DNA of 63,576 nt, the filler included. It is 5 parts of 5 records of this genome, joined end to end, with 100 filler letters (N's around TTAATTAATTAA, not from the genome) between each part and the next. Parts side by side here need not be neighbours in the genome. Positions count along the whole stretch, not along the records: positions 1 to 21,346 come from DRR723986_5093; 4 more parts are not named here. The stretch is one strand, 5' to 3'. Positions 9,577-18,645 of the stretch are shown here, piece by piece. Below the pieces are notes generated by a model, which was not told the DNA's origin, did not search any database, and saw only the letters and a list, made by a program, of their open reading frames with translations. The translations under genes and the position numbers were made by a program. Each line of letters begins with the position of its first letter. The first letter of the stretch is position 1.

Positions 9577-11111
9577 CGGCCCTCCCCTTCCTGATCGGGC
9601 GCCCTGTGCGTGACGGAATATGCTGGTTCGACCGTGTGCTCTGTTACCGGACGGCTCAATGTTTCAACCACAAGGTCCTTCAGGCAGACGGCCGCGCTTT
9701 CGGTGTAGAAGCCGATACCGCCTTCGATGAAACTGTCGTCAACCAGCGACAGCACCACATAGCCGTCGATGGAAAACTCGAAGTAAAGGCCGTGCGCCAC
9801 AACCTCGATCTGCCAGGGGCCATGATCGCTGCCCCTGAAATGCGCTTCCTGAAGCGGCTCGTAGCGGAAGGCATGTTCGAATTCAGGTGTCGGGTTTGCC
9901 CCCCATGCCCGCATCTGGGCAATGCCGTTGACGAGATCCAGAGACAGGTAATAACCGTCACCCTCGTCGTTCATCCGCAGCACAAGACCGGTTTTGCCCA
10001 GTCCCTCCAGCATGAGCTGTGCCTTGAGGCGGAAATCCTCATGCTTGCCCGGCAGCATGAAAGCTTCGTACCCGCTCTTGCAGCTCAGATGCAGCCCGTC
10101 CGGCCGATCGATCGCCGACGCGTGTGTGTTGGAATACAGTGCCTTGCACTGGTAGGACGCAGTCACGACCTGGCGATGCGTCACCAGATCGTTGAAGTCC
10201 GAATTCGATTTCAGCTTGAGCCTGCCGGCACTGTCGGTCACCAGTTCCTTCGGCGGCGGCAACAGCTTCTTCACGACCTCGCGCCCGTAGACGTATTCGG
10301 TCTTGGAAAAGAAATTGAACAGAAGCAAACGGTCGCTGGTCCGGCAAATACGGCCTGCATAATTGCCCGTCGGCAGGATCACGTTGTCGAAGAAGTTCTG
10401 GTATGGGCCCTCAATCGTCTCCGCGTACCAGTAGTGGATCTTGGTGTCTTCGCGGATCGATCCCATCAGGTAATAGCGGCCGTCGAGACGAAACAGGTTC
10501 GGCACCTCGACGTCGTCATAAAGACCGGGCCGATAAAGAGGTGGCTCGAACGTGAATTTGTCCGGTTTGGTCTCGCGGGCGAGCCCGACGCAGCCGCGCC
10601 GTATGACCGGCCCTTCCTTGACACGGGCAGAGGCCAGCAGCAGGCGTTCGCCTGTGTCTTCGTCGACATAGAAGAACGGATCGCGGAAACTGACCCACTT
10701 CCGACCTTCGTCTACAGTGCTCTCGTAAAGCGGGCCCGGCACCTGCAGGGGATAATTGCCGTGATTGCAGCGTTCCCAGGTGTAGAGATCCTTGGACCGC
10801 GCCAACCCGACCCGCTGCACCCTGCCATATTCCGCCCGCGCAAGGCCGGTGTAGAACATGCGCCACTCGCCCTGCCGGTCCGGATCGGGCGTCACATGCA
10901 TCGTCCAGAGCATGTCATCATCCCATTCGCCCGGTTCACCGACGAAAAGTGCGTTCTTGACCCGGCGCCATGTCATGCCGTCCGTGCTGACGGCGTGCGC
11001 GATGAAATCGTGATTGGGCAGCACCAGATGGAACAGATGATAGATGCCGTCGTGATAAACGACATCGACGTCGCCAATGTCCGACCGCAGAAATCCATGG
11101 GATGCATACAT
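9573..11111 (-). CDS. Cytoplasmic GH32-like glycoside hydrolase (beta-fructofuranosidase fold)
   Basis: GD..YHDG.YHLF, HAVSTDG.TW, FRDPF, DVEVP, YAG, C-terminal beta-sandwich-like region; no signal peptide; 4-bp overlap with the HAD gene. Confidence 0.8.
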   Translation of the reverse strand: MYASHGFLRSDIGDVDVVYHDGIYHLFHLVLPNHDFIAHAVSTDGMTWRRVKNALFVGEPGEWDDDMLWTMHVTPDPDRQGEWRMFYTGLARAEYGRVQRVGLARSKDLYTWERCNHGNYPLQVPGPLYESTVDEGRKWVSFRDPFFYVDEDTGERLLLASARVKEGPVIRRGCVGLARETKPDKFTFEPPLYRPGLYDDVEVPNLFRLDGRYYLMGSIREDTKIHYWYAETIEGPYQNFFDNVILPTGNYAGRICRTSDRLLLFNFFSKTEYVYGREVVKKLLPPPKELVTDSAGRLKLKSNSDFNDLVTHRQVVTASYQCKALYSNTHASAIDRPDGLHLSCKSGYEAFMLPGKHEDFRLKAQLMLEGLGKTGLVLRMNDEGDGYYLSLDLVNGIAQMRAWGANPTPEFEHAFRYEPLQEAHFRGSDHGPWQIEVVAHGLYFEFSIDGYVVLSLVDDSFIEGGIGFYTESAAVCLKDLVVETLSRPVTEHTVEPAYSVTHRAPDQEGEGR

Positions 11112-11390
11112 GCCCTAACCCTGCCCAGATGTTTCAGCAGGATCAAGAGCCTAAGCCAAAAAATTTGCAGTGCAACATGGCTCGGACGAACAATATCATC
11201 CCTTTGCGCATCCTGCCTGATGACTGGCGGCATTTCTCGAACGATTTGCGGTATGGAACAGAAACAGCCGGATCTCGCCCTTTCAGTTGGCTCGCTGCGC
11301 TCGGCTCTATGCCTAGAATATGATCGTTTCTGAGCCAAAAGCGCGTCGTAAAAGCATTCCTTTGCCGCCCCTATCCTCTAGAATGGGTTC

Positions 11391-12137
11391 ATGACGGACT
11401 GCTGTTGGATCTCACATACCGACTGCCACCGCGGACAAAGCGCGGCGCGCAAGACTTTGCGTCAGGTCATCGGTCTCTTCTCTTTTCTTTCCTTGCTGCT
11501 CCTGCCAGGTCCTGCAGCCGCGTGTTCCCTGTCGCTGGTTCTGGCGATGGACGGTTCGGCCAGCGTCGATGCGCGCGAACACACCTTGCAGCTCAACGGA
11601 CTGGCAGATGCCCTGAGAGACCCGGACGTCGTTCAGGCAATCGAGGCCGTTGGCGGGATCTGGGTTACAAGTTTTGAATGGAGCGGCCGGTACCAGCAAT
11701 TGCTCCAGCTTGGGTGGAGCCATCTTTCCGATGCGCAAAGCGCTGCGAATGCGGCCGAAACCCTGCGACGCTCACCACGAGGCTACACCGAATTTCCAAC
11801 CGCCCTCGGTTATGCACTCGGCCATGCGGCAACCCTTATGCGCAAGGCACCCGCGCCTTGTGTTCGTAAGGTCATAGATGTAGCCGGTGATGGCATCAAC
11901 AACGACGGTTTCGGCCCGGAAAGCGCCTACAGGGCCTTCGATTTCCAGGACGTTATGGTCAACGGGCTGGTGATTTCAGGGGCAGATGAAGCGCCGGTGC
12001 GCTACTATCGGACCCATGTGATCAGGGGTCCGGGTGCCTTTGTCGAGGTTGCAGCCAGTTATGACGACTACGCCGAGGCAATGAAGCGCAAACTGCTGCG
12101 GGAAATCTTCGGCAGCGGCTACGCTTCCCTGCGCTGA
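11391..12137 (+). CDS. DUF1194 (vWA-like) secreted protein
   Basis: Signal peptide, LVLAMDGSASVD..E..LQ, IDVAGDG.NNDG, VI.GPGAF, MKRKLLREI. Confidence 0.85.
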   Translation: MTDCCWISHTDCHRGQSAARKTLRQVIGLFSFLSLLLLPGPAAACSLSLVLAMDGSASVDAREHTLQLNGLADALRDPDVVQAIEAVGGIWVTSFEWSGRYQQLLQLGWSHLSDAQSAANAAETLRRSPRGYTEFPTALGYALGHAATLMRKAPAPCVRKVIDVAGDGINNDGFGPESAYRAFDFQDVMVNGLVISGADEAPVRYYRTHVIRGPGAFVEVAASYDDYAEAMKRKLLREIFGSGYASLR

Positions 12138-12145
12138 AATCAGCT

Positions 12146-13324
12146 TCAGGCTTGCCGGCGCTCCGCCCGGGCCAAAAGAGCCGCTTCGAAATCCGCTACC
12201 GGCATTCTGTCCTGCAGGGCTCTTAGGAAAAGCTGCTTCTGTGTCTCGGGCGCCAGCCCGCCTACAGGCGGATCCCGGTCCAGATTGGTCGGGAAGGAAT
12301 ATCCTTCCGCACACGCGGAAACAGCCGCCTCCAGTCTGGCACCTGACATTGTTGCCTGTCCGGTTTTCGCCAGGAGAACGGGATAGAGCGCCCGGCACAT
12401 GGCATCCCGGTCCACACTTTCCATGGCGCGTCCGAAGGCCGAGGACACCTGAAGCAGGTTTGCCATGCGCTGGATATCTGCACTGGAGTTGTCACCGGCG
12501 GCGTGGAAAAGTGCCGGGTTGAAGAACACCGCATCGCCCTTGCGCAATGGCATCTGCACGTAATGCTTTTCGAAAAACTCCTTGAATGCTTCCAGCCGGT
12601 AGGCTGCGTAGCCCGGACGATAAAGCTGTGAAAACGGCAAGAGTTTCGTGGGACCGCTTTCAATCGGCATGTCTGTATGCGCGACCGCCCCTTGCAGGGT
12701 CATGACCTGTGACAGGTCGTGCACATGGGCCGGATAACGTGCGCAGTCTTCTGCTGACTGGAAACCAAGGTGGTAATCCCGATGTGCCTGCTGCGCCTTG
12801 CCGTCCGGACGTACAAGATTGACCTGGGCCGTCATCTGGTAGTTCGGCCCGAGCCAGGCTTCACAAACGGCATCGATGGCAGGATTGGCAAAATAATCCG
12901 CGAAGACATCGGGGGCTTCCAGGCAGAGTTTCTGCAGTGAGTTCCAGATCCGGTCGTTTGCGCCGGCAGCTGCAAAATGATCCGCACCGCCGCCTGAAGC
13001 AGCTTTCTCCTCGGCGATGATCCGGTTGTAGACCTGCGTTGCCCGGTCTATCGGGGTGACATCCTTATATGCCTCCTCCAGCACCAGCACACCCGAGTGC
13101 AGCCGCATAACCTGCGCCCATTCTGCCATCAACCGGCTACGGCTTTCGCTACCTGCGAGTACGGTCTCCAGATCGGCAACCCGGTAGACGGGAATACCGG
13201 CAACCACCTTGTAGGCGTGCGGCACGATGCCGTCGTCCAGTTTTTGCGACACAAGTTGCCTGAAGTCCTCGACATCGCAACTGGTGGCGTTGAAATACGC
13301 CAGATGATCGACCCGTTTGTCCAT
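12146..13324 (-). CDS. Phytanoyl-CoA dioxygenase (PhyH) family Fe(II)/2-oxoglutarate dioxygenase
   Basis: HRD (HxD) in QQAHRDYHLG, distal His in FNPALFHAAG; start placed at ATG 13324 after a GGAGGGG RBS. Confidence 0.85.
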   Translation of the reverse strand: MDKRVDHLAYFNATSCDVEDFRQLVSQKLDDGIVPHAYKVVAGIPVYRVADLETVLAGSESRSRLMAEWAQVMRLHSGVLVLEEAYKDVTPIDRATQVYNRIIAEEKAASGGGADHFAAAGANDRIWNSLQKLCLEAPDVFADYFANPAIDAVCEAWLGPNYQMTAQVNLVRPDGKAQQAHRDYHLGFQSAEDCARYPAHVHDLSQVMTLQGAVAHTDMPIESGPTKLLPFSQLYRPGYAAYRLEAFKEFFEKHYVQMPLRKGDAVFFNPALFHAAGDNSSADIQRMANLLQVSSAFGRAMESVDRDAMCRALYPVLLAKTGQATMSGARLEAAVSACAEGYSFPTNLDRDPPVGGLAPETQKQLFLRALQDRMPVADFEAALLARAERRQA

Positions 13325-13407
13325 GATCCCCTCCCAGGTTTTGTTGGCTGCAATGCTATCAGGATCGGTCTTGATCGGATCGGCATTTTCCATCAAGAAT
13401 CCATCAA

Positions 13408-14439
13408 ATGACCCATCGCTTCCCGATCAAGGAAATCGCCCTTCAGGCAGGCCTCAGCACTGCCACGGTTGACCGCGTGATGAACGGGCGAGCACATGTC
13501 AGCCCGCAAACCCGTCGCAGGGTTGAGGATGCGATTGCAGAACTGGAACAACAGGAAGGTCAGCTGGCTGCCAGGGGGCGGCGGCTCTTCTTCGATGTGG
13601 TTATGGAAGCGCCGAACAGGTTCAGCAGAGAAGTGCGTCTTGCCTGTGAAAGCGTGCTGACAGATCTGCATCCGATCGCGATCCGCCCCAGGTTCACTTT
13701 CACCGAAACCATGTCGGCAGCCGAATGCAGCGCGATTCTGCAGCGGATTGCAAAGCGAGGCAGCCAGGGCATCTGCCTCAAGGTGCGCGATACAGAGGAA
13801 GTCCGGCATATGATCGCAGGACTGGCAGACCGCAGAATCCCTGTCGTCACCGTCTTTACCGACCTTCCCGCATCCCGGCGGCTTGCCTATGTTGGCCTGG
13901 ATAATCGCAGCGCCGGCAAAACCGCAGCCTATCTCATGCACAAGCTCCTGCCGGCGAACGGAACGGTTCTGACGACGCTCAGCCAGCACACCTTTCAGGG
14001 CGAGGAGGAGCGCTACGAGGGTTTCAGGCAGGAACTGGATCGTCTACGCCCGGAATGCAGATTGGTGGATGCCAGTGGCGGCGGCGGTCTCAATCCCGAA
14101 ACACGGCGGGAGGTCGCCGAGAAGTTGGGCTCCTCTCCGCCGATTTCCGGCGTCTACTCCATGGGAGGCGGCAACAGGGCCATTTTGCAGGCCTTGTCCG
14201 AGGTGGGCCAGATGCCAGGGGTCTATGTCGCGCACGATCTGGACAAGGACAATCTCGAGCTTCTCCGGCAGGAGCAGCTGACGCTGGTGCTTCATCACGA
14301 CCTGCAGTCAGACATGCACGCGGCGTTTCGTCATCTCCTGGCATACCACGGCATCGGCACGTCTCCCTCCGGCGAAACGAGTGATGTTCAGGTGGTCACC
14401 CCCTTGAACATTCCTTCCAGGTTCAATGAACCAGCCTGA
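13408..14439 (+). CDS. LacI-family transcriptional regulator
   Basis: IKEIA.QAGLS.ATVDRV.N HTH plus a sugar-binding domain (YVGLDN..AG.TA). Confidence 0.92.
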   Translation: MTHRFPIKEIALQAGLSTATVDRVMNGRAHVSPQTRRRVEDAIAELEQQEGQLAARGRRLFFDVVMEAPNRFSREVRLACESVLTDLHPIAIRPRFTFTETMSAAECSAILQRIAKRGSQGICLKVRDTEEVRHMIAGLADRRIPVVTVFTDLPASRRLAYVGLDNRSAGKTAAYLMHKLLPANGTVLTTLSQHTFQGEEERYEGFRQELDRLRPECRLVDASGGGGLNPETRREVAEKLGSSPPISGVYSMGGGNRAILQALSEVGQMPGVYVAHDLDKDNLELLRQEQLTLVLHHDLQSDMHAAFRHLLAYHGIGTSPSGETSDVQVVTPLNIPSRFNEPA

Positions 14440-14516
14440 CCTGGCAGTGCTGATCTCCACAGCCAAAGCCTGCCGTTCATCAGAAAACGCGCCAACAGCA
14501 CACTGCCAGCAGTTGA

Positions 14517-15122
14517 TCAACCGTGTTTCAGCTCTGTGCCAACTGCGCGTTCGACAAAAGCCAACATGGATTGCCTGAGCTGTTTTCTGGTCGAAACATC
14601 TCTGGAAACGGCATTCTGGCCACTGCGTTCGATCAAACCAAGAACCAGTTCGGCCGACGTGGCAGGGTTTTCCTCAAACGTTGGCAGGCAGTTGGCAACC
14701 GCTTGAACGAGCCGGGCCCGGGTTTGTTCGAAAAGGCCGCCGATCTCGGGATTTCTGAAGGCCTCGGCAACGATTTCCGCGCTCAGCGCGGCATGTGCCG
14801 GCGACGAACAGAGATCGAAATACTCCGCTCCGAATTGCAGCAGTCTTTCCATCCGATTTCGTGACGTGTCTTCAAGCCGCCTCAGCAAGGGATCAAGTTC
14901 GACAGTTTCCAGTTCCGAGATGGCCGCGATGATCTCGTTCTTGCCCTTGAAGTGATTATAGAGATTGCTGAGGCTGATCCCCGCCTTTCCCGCGATGTCG
15001 CGCATGCCGGTCTGGTGAAACCCCTTTTCGATAAAAAGACTCGCAGCCGTCTCGACGATCATCTGCCGACGCTTGGCGGATTTTTCCAGACGGCTGGTGG
15101 ATTGCGGCCTGGTTTCGGCCAT
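14517..15122 (-). CDS. TetR/AcrR-family regulator
   Basis: LFIEKGFH.T.MRDIA.KAGIS...LYNHFKGK HTH; ATG 15122 with CAGGAG RBS. Confidence 0.92.
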   Translation of the reverse strand: MAETRPQSTSRLEKSAKRRQMIVETAASLFIEKGFHQTGMRDIAGKAGISLSNLYNHFKGKNEIIAAISELETVELDPLLRRLEDTSRNRMERLLQFGAEYFDLCSSPAHAALSAEIVAEAFRNPEIGGLFEQTRARLVQAVANCLPTFEENPATSAELVLGLIERSGQNAVSRDVSTRKQLRQSMLAFVERAVGTELKHG

Positions 15123-15233
15123 CGGGAATCTCCTGTGGGACGCTACGAAGAAAGACCGTAGCCCGACTTCTTCTTCTGCGCTGTTCATTTCAGGTTCGTT
15201 GCCGTCTTGCAATCCTGGGCCGCGCACCCAATT

Positions 15234-15255
15234 AAAGAACGAACGTTCGTTCTTT
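15234..15255. promoter_or_regulatory. Perfect 22-bp palindrome, probable TetR operator
   Basis: AAAGAACGAACGTTCGTTCTTT equals its reverse complement; lies in the tetR/desaturase divergon, 10 bp before the ATG. Confidence 0.8.
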
Positions 15256-15265
15256 GTGAGGTCGC

Positions 15266-16207
15266 ATGTACTCTGATCTGGAACTTCGCCTTCAGGAGGC
15301 GGCTGGTGTCTTCAACGGCATTGAAATTCTGGCGCTGGTCTTTCTTCTTGTTTTGGCTTCCGAAACCGTCTGGGACCGGTTTACCGGCTACCGTCAATCG
15401 CTATCGGAAACCGGCGCAAATCTGATTATCGGCCTTGTCTACGGACTGTTGGAACGAACCGCATACGGGCTGATCGTCGTGATTGCCGTTTTCCTTGCAG
15501 AACCGTTCGCGCTTTGGGACCTGCCCATGAACGGCTTGACGTGGGTACTTGCGATCGTGGTCGCTGATCTGACGTACTACTGGATGCATCGCTGCGAGCA
15601 CCGGGTACGGCTATTCTGGACCTACCACAGCGTTCATCATTCTTCGCCTGAGTTCAACTTCACGACGGCTCTGCGTCTGGCCTGGACCGAAGCGCTGTTC
15701 GAATGGATGTTTTTCATTCCCATGGTGATTGTCGGCTTCGACCCTGTACAGGTGATCGCAGGACTTGCCGTCGTGGTGGCCTATCAATCATGGATCCATA
15801 CCGAAAAGGTCAGACGGCTCGGGTGGCTTGAGAGCATTCTGAACACACCGTCGCATCATCGCGTGCACCACGGCAGCAATCCGGAGTATCTCGACAAGAA
15901 CTATGGCGGCATCCTGATTGTCTGGGACCGGCTCTTTGGAACCTACACACCCGAGCGTGCCAAGGTTGTCTACGGGATCACCGATCCGCTCAACACATCC
16001 AATCCGATCACCATCAACTTTCGAGACTTCATTCGTCTTGGCTCAGATGCGCTCAATGCCCCTTCCTTCGCCCAGGCTCTGAAGATGCTCATGAAACCTC
16101 CCGGCTGGACACCGACGCGCGATACGGCTCTTCCCGCGGACCAGTCCGACACTCAAATGCAGTCGCCTGCAGGTTCCAGCCAAGGGGAACACCACGATGA
16201 ACATTGA
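15266..16207 (+). CDS. Fatty acid hydroxylase/sterol desaturase superfamily, alkylglycerol monooxygenase-like
   Basis: His boxes HRCEH, HSVHH, WIHTE, TPSHHRVHH; DKNYGG.LI.WDRLFGT; several TMs. Confidence 0.88.
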   Translation: MYSDLELRLQEAAGVFNGIEILALVFLLVLASETVWDRFTGYRQSLSETGANLIIGLVYGLLERTAYGLIVVIAVFLAEPFALWDLPMNGLTWVLAIVVADLTYYWMHRCEHRVRLFWTYHSVHHSSPEFNFTTALRLAWTEALFEWMFFIPMVIVGFDPVQVIAGLAVVVAYQSWIHTEKVRRLGWLESILNTPSHHRVHHGSNPEYLDKNYGGILIVWDRLFGTYTPERAKVVYGITDPLNTSNPITINFRDFIRLGSDALNAPSFAQALKMLMKPPGWTPTRDTALPADQSDTQMQSPAGSSQGEHHDEH

Positions 16208-17249
16208 TCTGCTTCTGGCGACGTTTGCCGGCTATCTGGCGGTCTTCGGACTGAGCGACCGGCCACAGGACCCGAAGGTCCGCGACTACCCCATTGAAAC
16301 CATCCAGATCAGAACTGCGTCCGGCACCGCCGTTCTGGATGCCGAGCTGACCTTGCCAAAAGGGAGGGGGCGCGTTCCTGCGGTGGTACTCATCACCGGT
16401 TCCGGCCCACAGGACAAGAATGAAGAAATTGCGGGCCACAAACCTTTTCTCGTGCTCTCGGATCACCTGACGAAATCCGGCTATGCCGTGCTGCGTTACG
16501 ACGACCGCGGCGTGGGCCGGAGCACGGGAGACTTTGCGACAGCAACCCCGCAGGATCTCGCGAGCGACGCAGCCGCCGCGCTTGCCTATGTGAAGTCTCA
16601 TCCGCGTGTTCTTTCCGAAAAAACCGGATACATCGGCCACTCGGAAGGCGGCTATCTCGCGCCGATCGCGCAGCAGATCGAACCGGCCGCCTTTCATGTT
16701 TATCTTGCAGGCCCTGCCCTGCCGCTTGTTCCCGATGTCATGCGCACTCAGGTTCAGGATATCGGGCGTGCGGAAGGCCTGTCCGATGAAGTCATTGCCG
16801 GACAGAGCCGCGCGGTGAATGAGATCAGCTCCGCTCTTTTGAAATCCGGAACGCCGGCAGAATTACGCGAGGACATCACGAAGGCATTGAAGAACTCGGG
16901 GGCGAGCGGTTCACAGGTCAGGCAAAACCTGGCCGTCTGGGCGACGCCCTGGGCTTCCGCCTACGCGCGGCACGATCCGGTTGAGCAACTGGCAGGCCTG
17001 ACCATTCCGGTGCTGGCACTTTTCGGTGAGCACGACTTGCAGGTCTCCGCCAGTGAGAATTCACCTGTCATGCGAGGGGCCCTCACCCACCCGCTCTCGG
17101 ATGTCAGAACGCTGCCTGGCCTCAATCACCTGTTCCAACCAACGCGAACGGGACGTATCAACGAGTATATCCGGATAGCAACGACCATAGATCCAACCGC
17201 ATTGCAGGCGATTGCGACATGGCTCGATATGATCGTGCAGGTGCCATAA
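16197..17249 (+). CDS. Alpha/beta hydrolase (esterase/peptidase S9-like), membrane-anchored or secreted
   Basis: GSGPQD, RYDDRG, nucleophile elbow GHSEG, DLQV, LNHLFQ; overlaps the upstream gene. Confidence 0.88.
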   Translation: MNIDLLLATFAGYLAVFGLSDRPQDPKVRDYPIETIQIRTASGTAVLDAELTLPKGRGRVPAVVLITGSGPQDKNEEIAGHKPFLVLSDHLTKSGYAVLRYDDRGVGRSTGDFATATPQDLASDAAAALAYVKSHPRVLSEKTGYIGHSEGGYLAPIAQQIEPAAFHVYLAGPALPLVPDVMRTQVQDIGRAEGLSDEVIAGQSRAVNEISSALLKSGTPAELREDITKALKNSGASGSQVRQNLAVWATPWASAYARHDPVEQLAGLTIPVLALFGEHDLQVSASENSPVMRGALTHPLSDVRTLPGLNHLFQPTRTGRINEYIRIATTIDPTALQAIATWLDMIVQVP

Positions 17250-17278
17250 AAACGCGGGAACGGTACCCTGCTCCCGCG
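17248..17278 (-). terminator. Rho-independent terminator of the VOC-WYL operon
   Basis: Minus strand reads CGCGGGAGCAG-GGTA-CCGTTCCCGCG followed by TTTTT, between convergent genes. Confidence 0.6.
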
Positions 17279-17287
17279 GCCAGGCCG

Positions 17288-17989
17288 TCACCCCCCGGTG
17301 TTGCCGTAGTTTTCCTCCTCCATGCCCCGGTAGAAATCCTTCAGCGTCTTGCCGGGCTCCGGATCAAACCGGTCTCCCGTCTCCCGCATCTCGGAAATCC
17401 TGTCCAAACGGAACATGCGGAAGTCCTGGCGCAATTCGCACCAGGCAACCAGCGTCCAGACCTTGCCCCAGAACCACAGGCCGAGAGGGCGGATCGTACG
17501 ATCGGTCGGCTCTCCCTTGCTATCGCAATACGCCACGAACAAGCGCTTGCGGCCATCGGCAGCCGCTTCCAGAAAATCGATATGAGCCCGGATTTGCGGT
17601 GTCATCTCTGGCGCGAACGCGTGGATCTCGACTTCGTTCTGACGCACCCGCATCTTTTCCGGCAGGACAGCGTCAATCTTGATCATCGCCTCTTCGGCGG
17701 CCCGGGCCATGGCGGCCCCGCCCCAGGCACGGATCAGACGCGCACCGGCGAGTAGAGCGACAATTTCATCCCGGGTGAACATGAGTGGTGGCAGTTCATA
17801 GCCATCGCGCATGATGTAGCCGACACCAGCCGCACCTTCGATCGGCACGCCGGATGCCTGCAAGTCGGCAACATCGCGATAGATGGTGCGTTCGGATACT
17901 TCCAGCCATTCGGACAGCTGACGTGCCCGCACGAGCCGGCCGCCGCGCAGATATTGCACGATCTGGAAAAGGCGGTCGGCGCGTCTCAT
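17288..17989 (-). CDS. YafY-family HTH-WYL transcriptional regulator
   Basis: MRRADRL, LEVSERTIYRD HTH_11, LPPLMFT, WYL domain R.IRPL...WTLVAWCELRQDFRMFRLDRI. Confidence 0.93.
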   Translation of the reverse strand: MRRADRLFQIVQYLRGGRLVRARQLSEWLEVSERTIYRDVADLQASGVPIEGAAGVGYIMRDGYELPPLMFTRDEIVALLAGARLIRAWGGAAMARAAEEAMIKIDAVLPEKMRVRQNEVEIHAFAPEMTPQIRAHIDFLEAAADGRKRLFVAYCDSKGEPTDRTIRPLGLWFWGKVWTLVAWCELRQDFRMFRLDRISEMRETGDRFDPEPGKTLKDFYRGMEEENYGNTGG

Positions 17990-18031
17990 GATGCCGGCTC
18001 CTTGCGAAGCCGACATCCTGTCAGTCTCAAA

Positions 18032-18406
18032 TCAGCGTGCGAACATGCCGATGGAATTTCCGTCCGGGTCGATGCCATAGGCAAAGCGCCCCGCCGGAAT
18101 GGCAGCCGGATCGGAAATGATCTCTCCCCCCTTGGCAGCAAACCGTTCCATCGTTTCTTCCAGGGTGTCCGGGCAGGCGAGATGAATGGTTGGTCCGGTT
18201 CCGTTCTGCGCGGGTTTTCCCGGGTAAAGGTGACCTGCAATCCCACCCTGCTCCTTGGTCGGAAAGATTGCGATCTCATTTGGTCCCATGTCGATGACAC
18301 GTCTAAGCTCCGTTTTGAAAACGTCGTTATAAAAGCTGACCGCCTTGTCCAGATCGGAGACGGGAATCTCCATCCAGACGTTGAAGTGATCGGGTGCAAA
18401 AGTCAT
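18032..18406 (-). CDS. VOC (glyoxalase/bleomycin resistance) family protein
   Basis: WMEIPV.DLDKA..FY and DPDGN.IG motifs; GGAG RBS. Confidence 0.9.
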   Translation of the reverse strand: MTFAPDHFNVWMEIPVSDLDKAVSFYNDVFKTELRRVIDMGPNEIAIFPTKEQGGIAGHLYPGKPAQNGTGPTIHLACPDTLEETMERFAAKGGEIISDPAAIPAGRFAYGIDPDGNSIGMFAR

Positions 18407-18450
18407 GGAAAGTCTCCTCAGGCGCTGTGATGAGGATCACCTTATCAAAC

Positions 18451-18478
18451 CTCTCCTGACAGCATTCTGTCAGGAGAG
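18451..18478. promoter_or_regulatory. Inverted repeat, probable WYL-regulator operator
   Basis: CTCTCCTGACAG-CATT-CTGTCAGGAGAG with perfect 12-bp arms, 44 bp upstream of the VOC gene. Confidence 0.7.
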
Positions 18479-18645
18479 AGTGACAAACATATATGACGCA
18501 AGGGCAAGTAAACACCTGCAAATTTCGTCTCACGGATGAATTCGGAAAAGAGGCTGATGACAATTTGCCGGCACCGCGTCGTCACAGCTAAACTGCATGG
18601 GCCGGGACGCAGACCAAGGCGGTTCGACAACCGGAAGGAGAGATC

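Noticed and set aside
9606-11333. 575-aa plus-strand ORF, and similar long ORFs at 7363-8817, 26328-27788, 53057-54478 and 58653-60122
   Set aside because: Antisense shadows of well-supported genes in GC-rich DNA, with no motifs.
17288-17989. WYL protein as a marker of an anti-phage defence island
   Set aside because: YafY-type protein paired with a VOC gene; no defence or mobile genes nearby.
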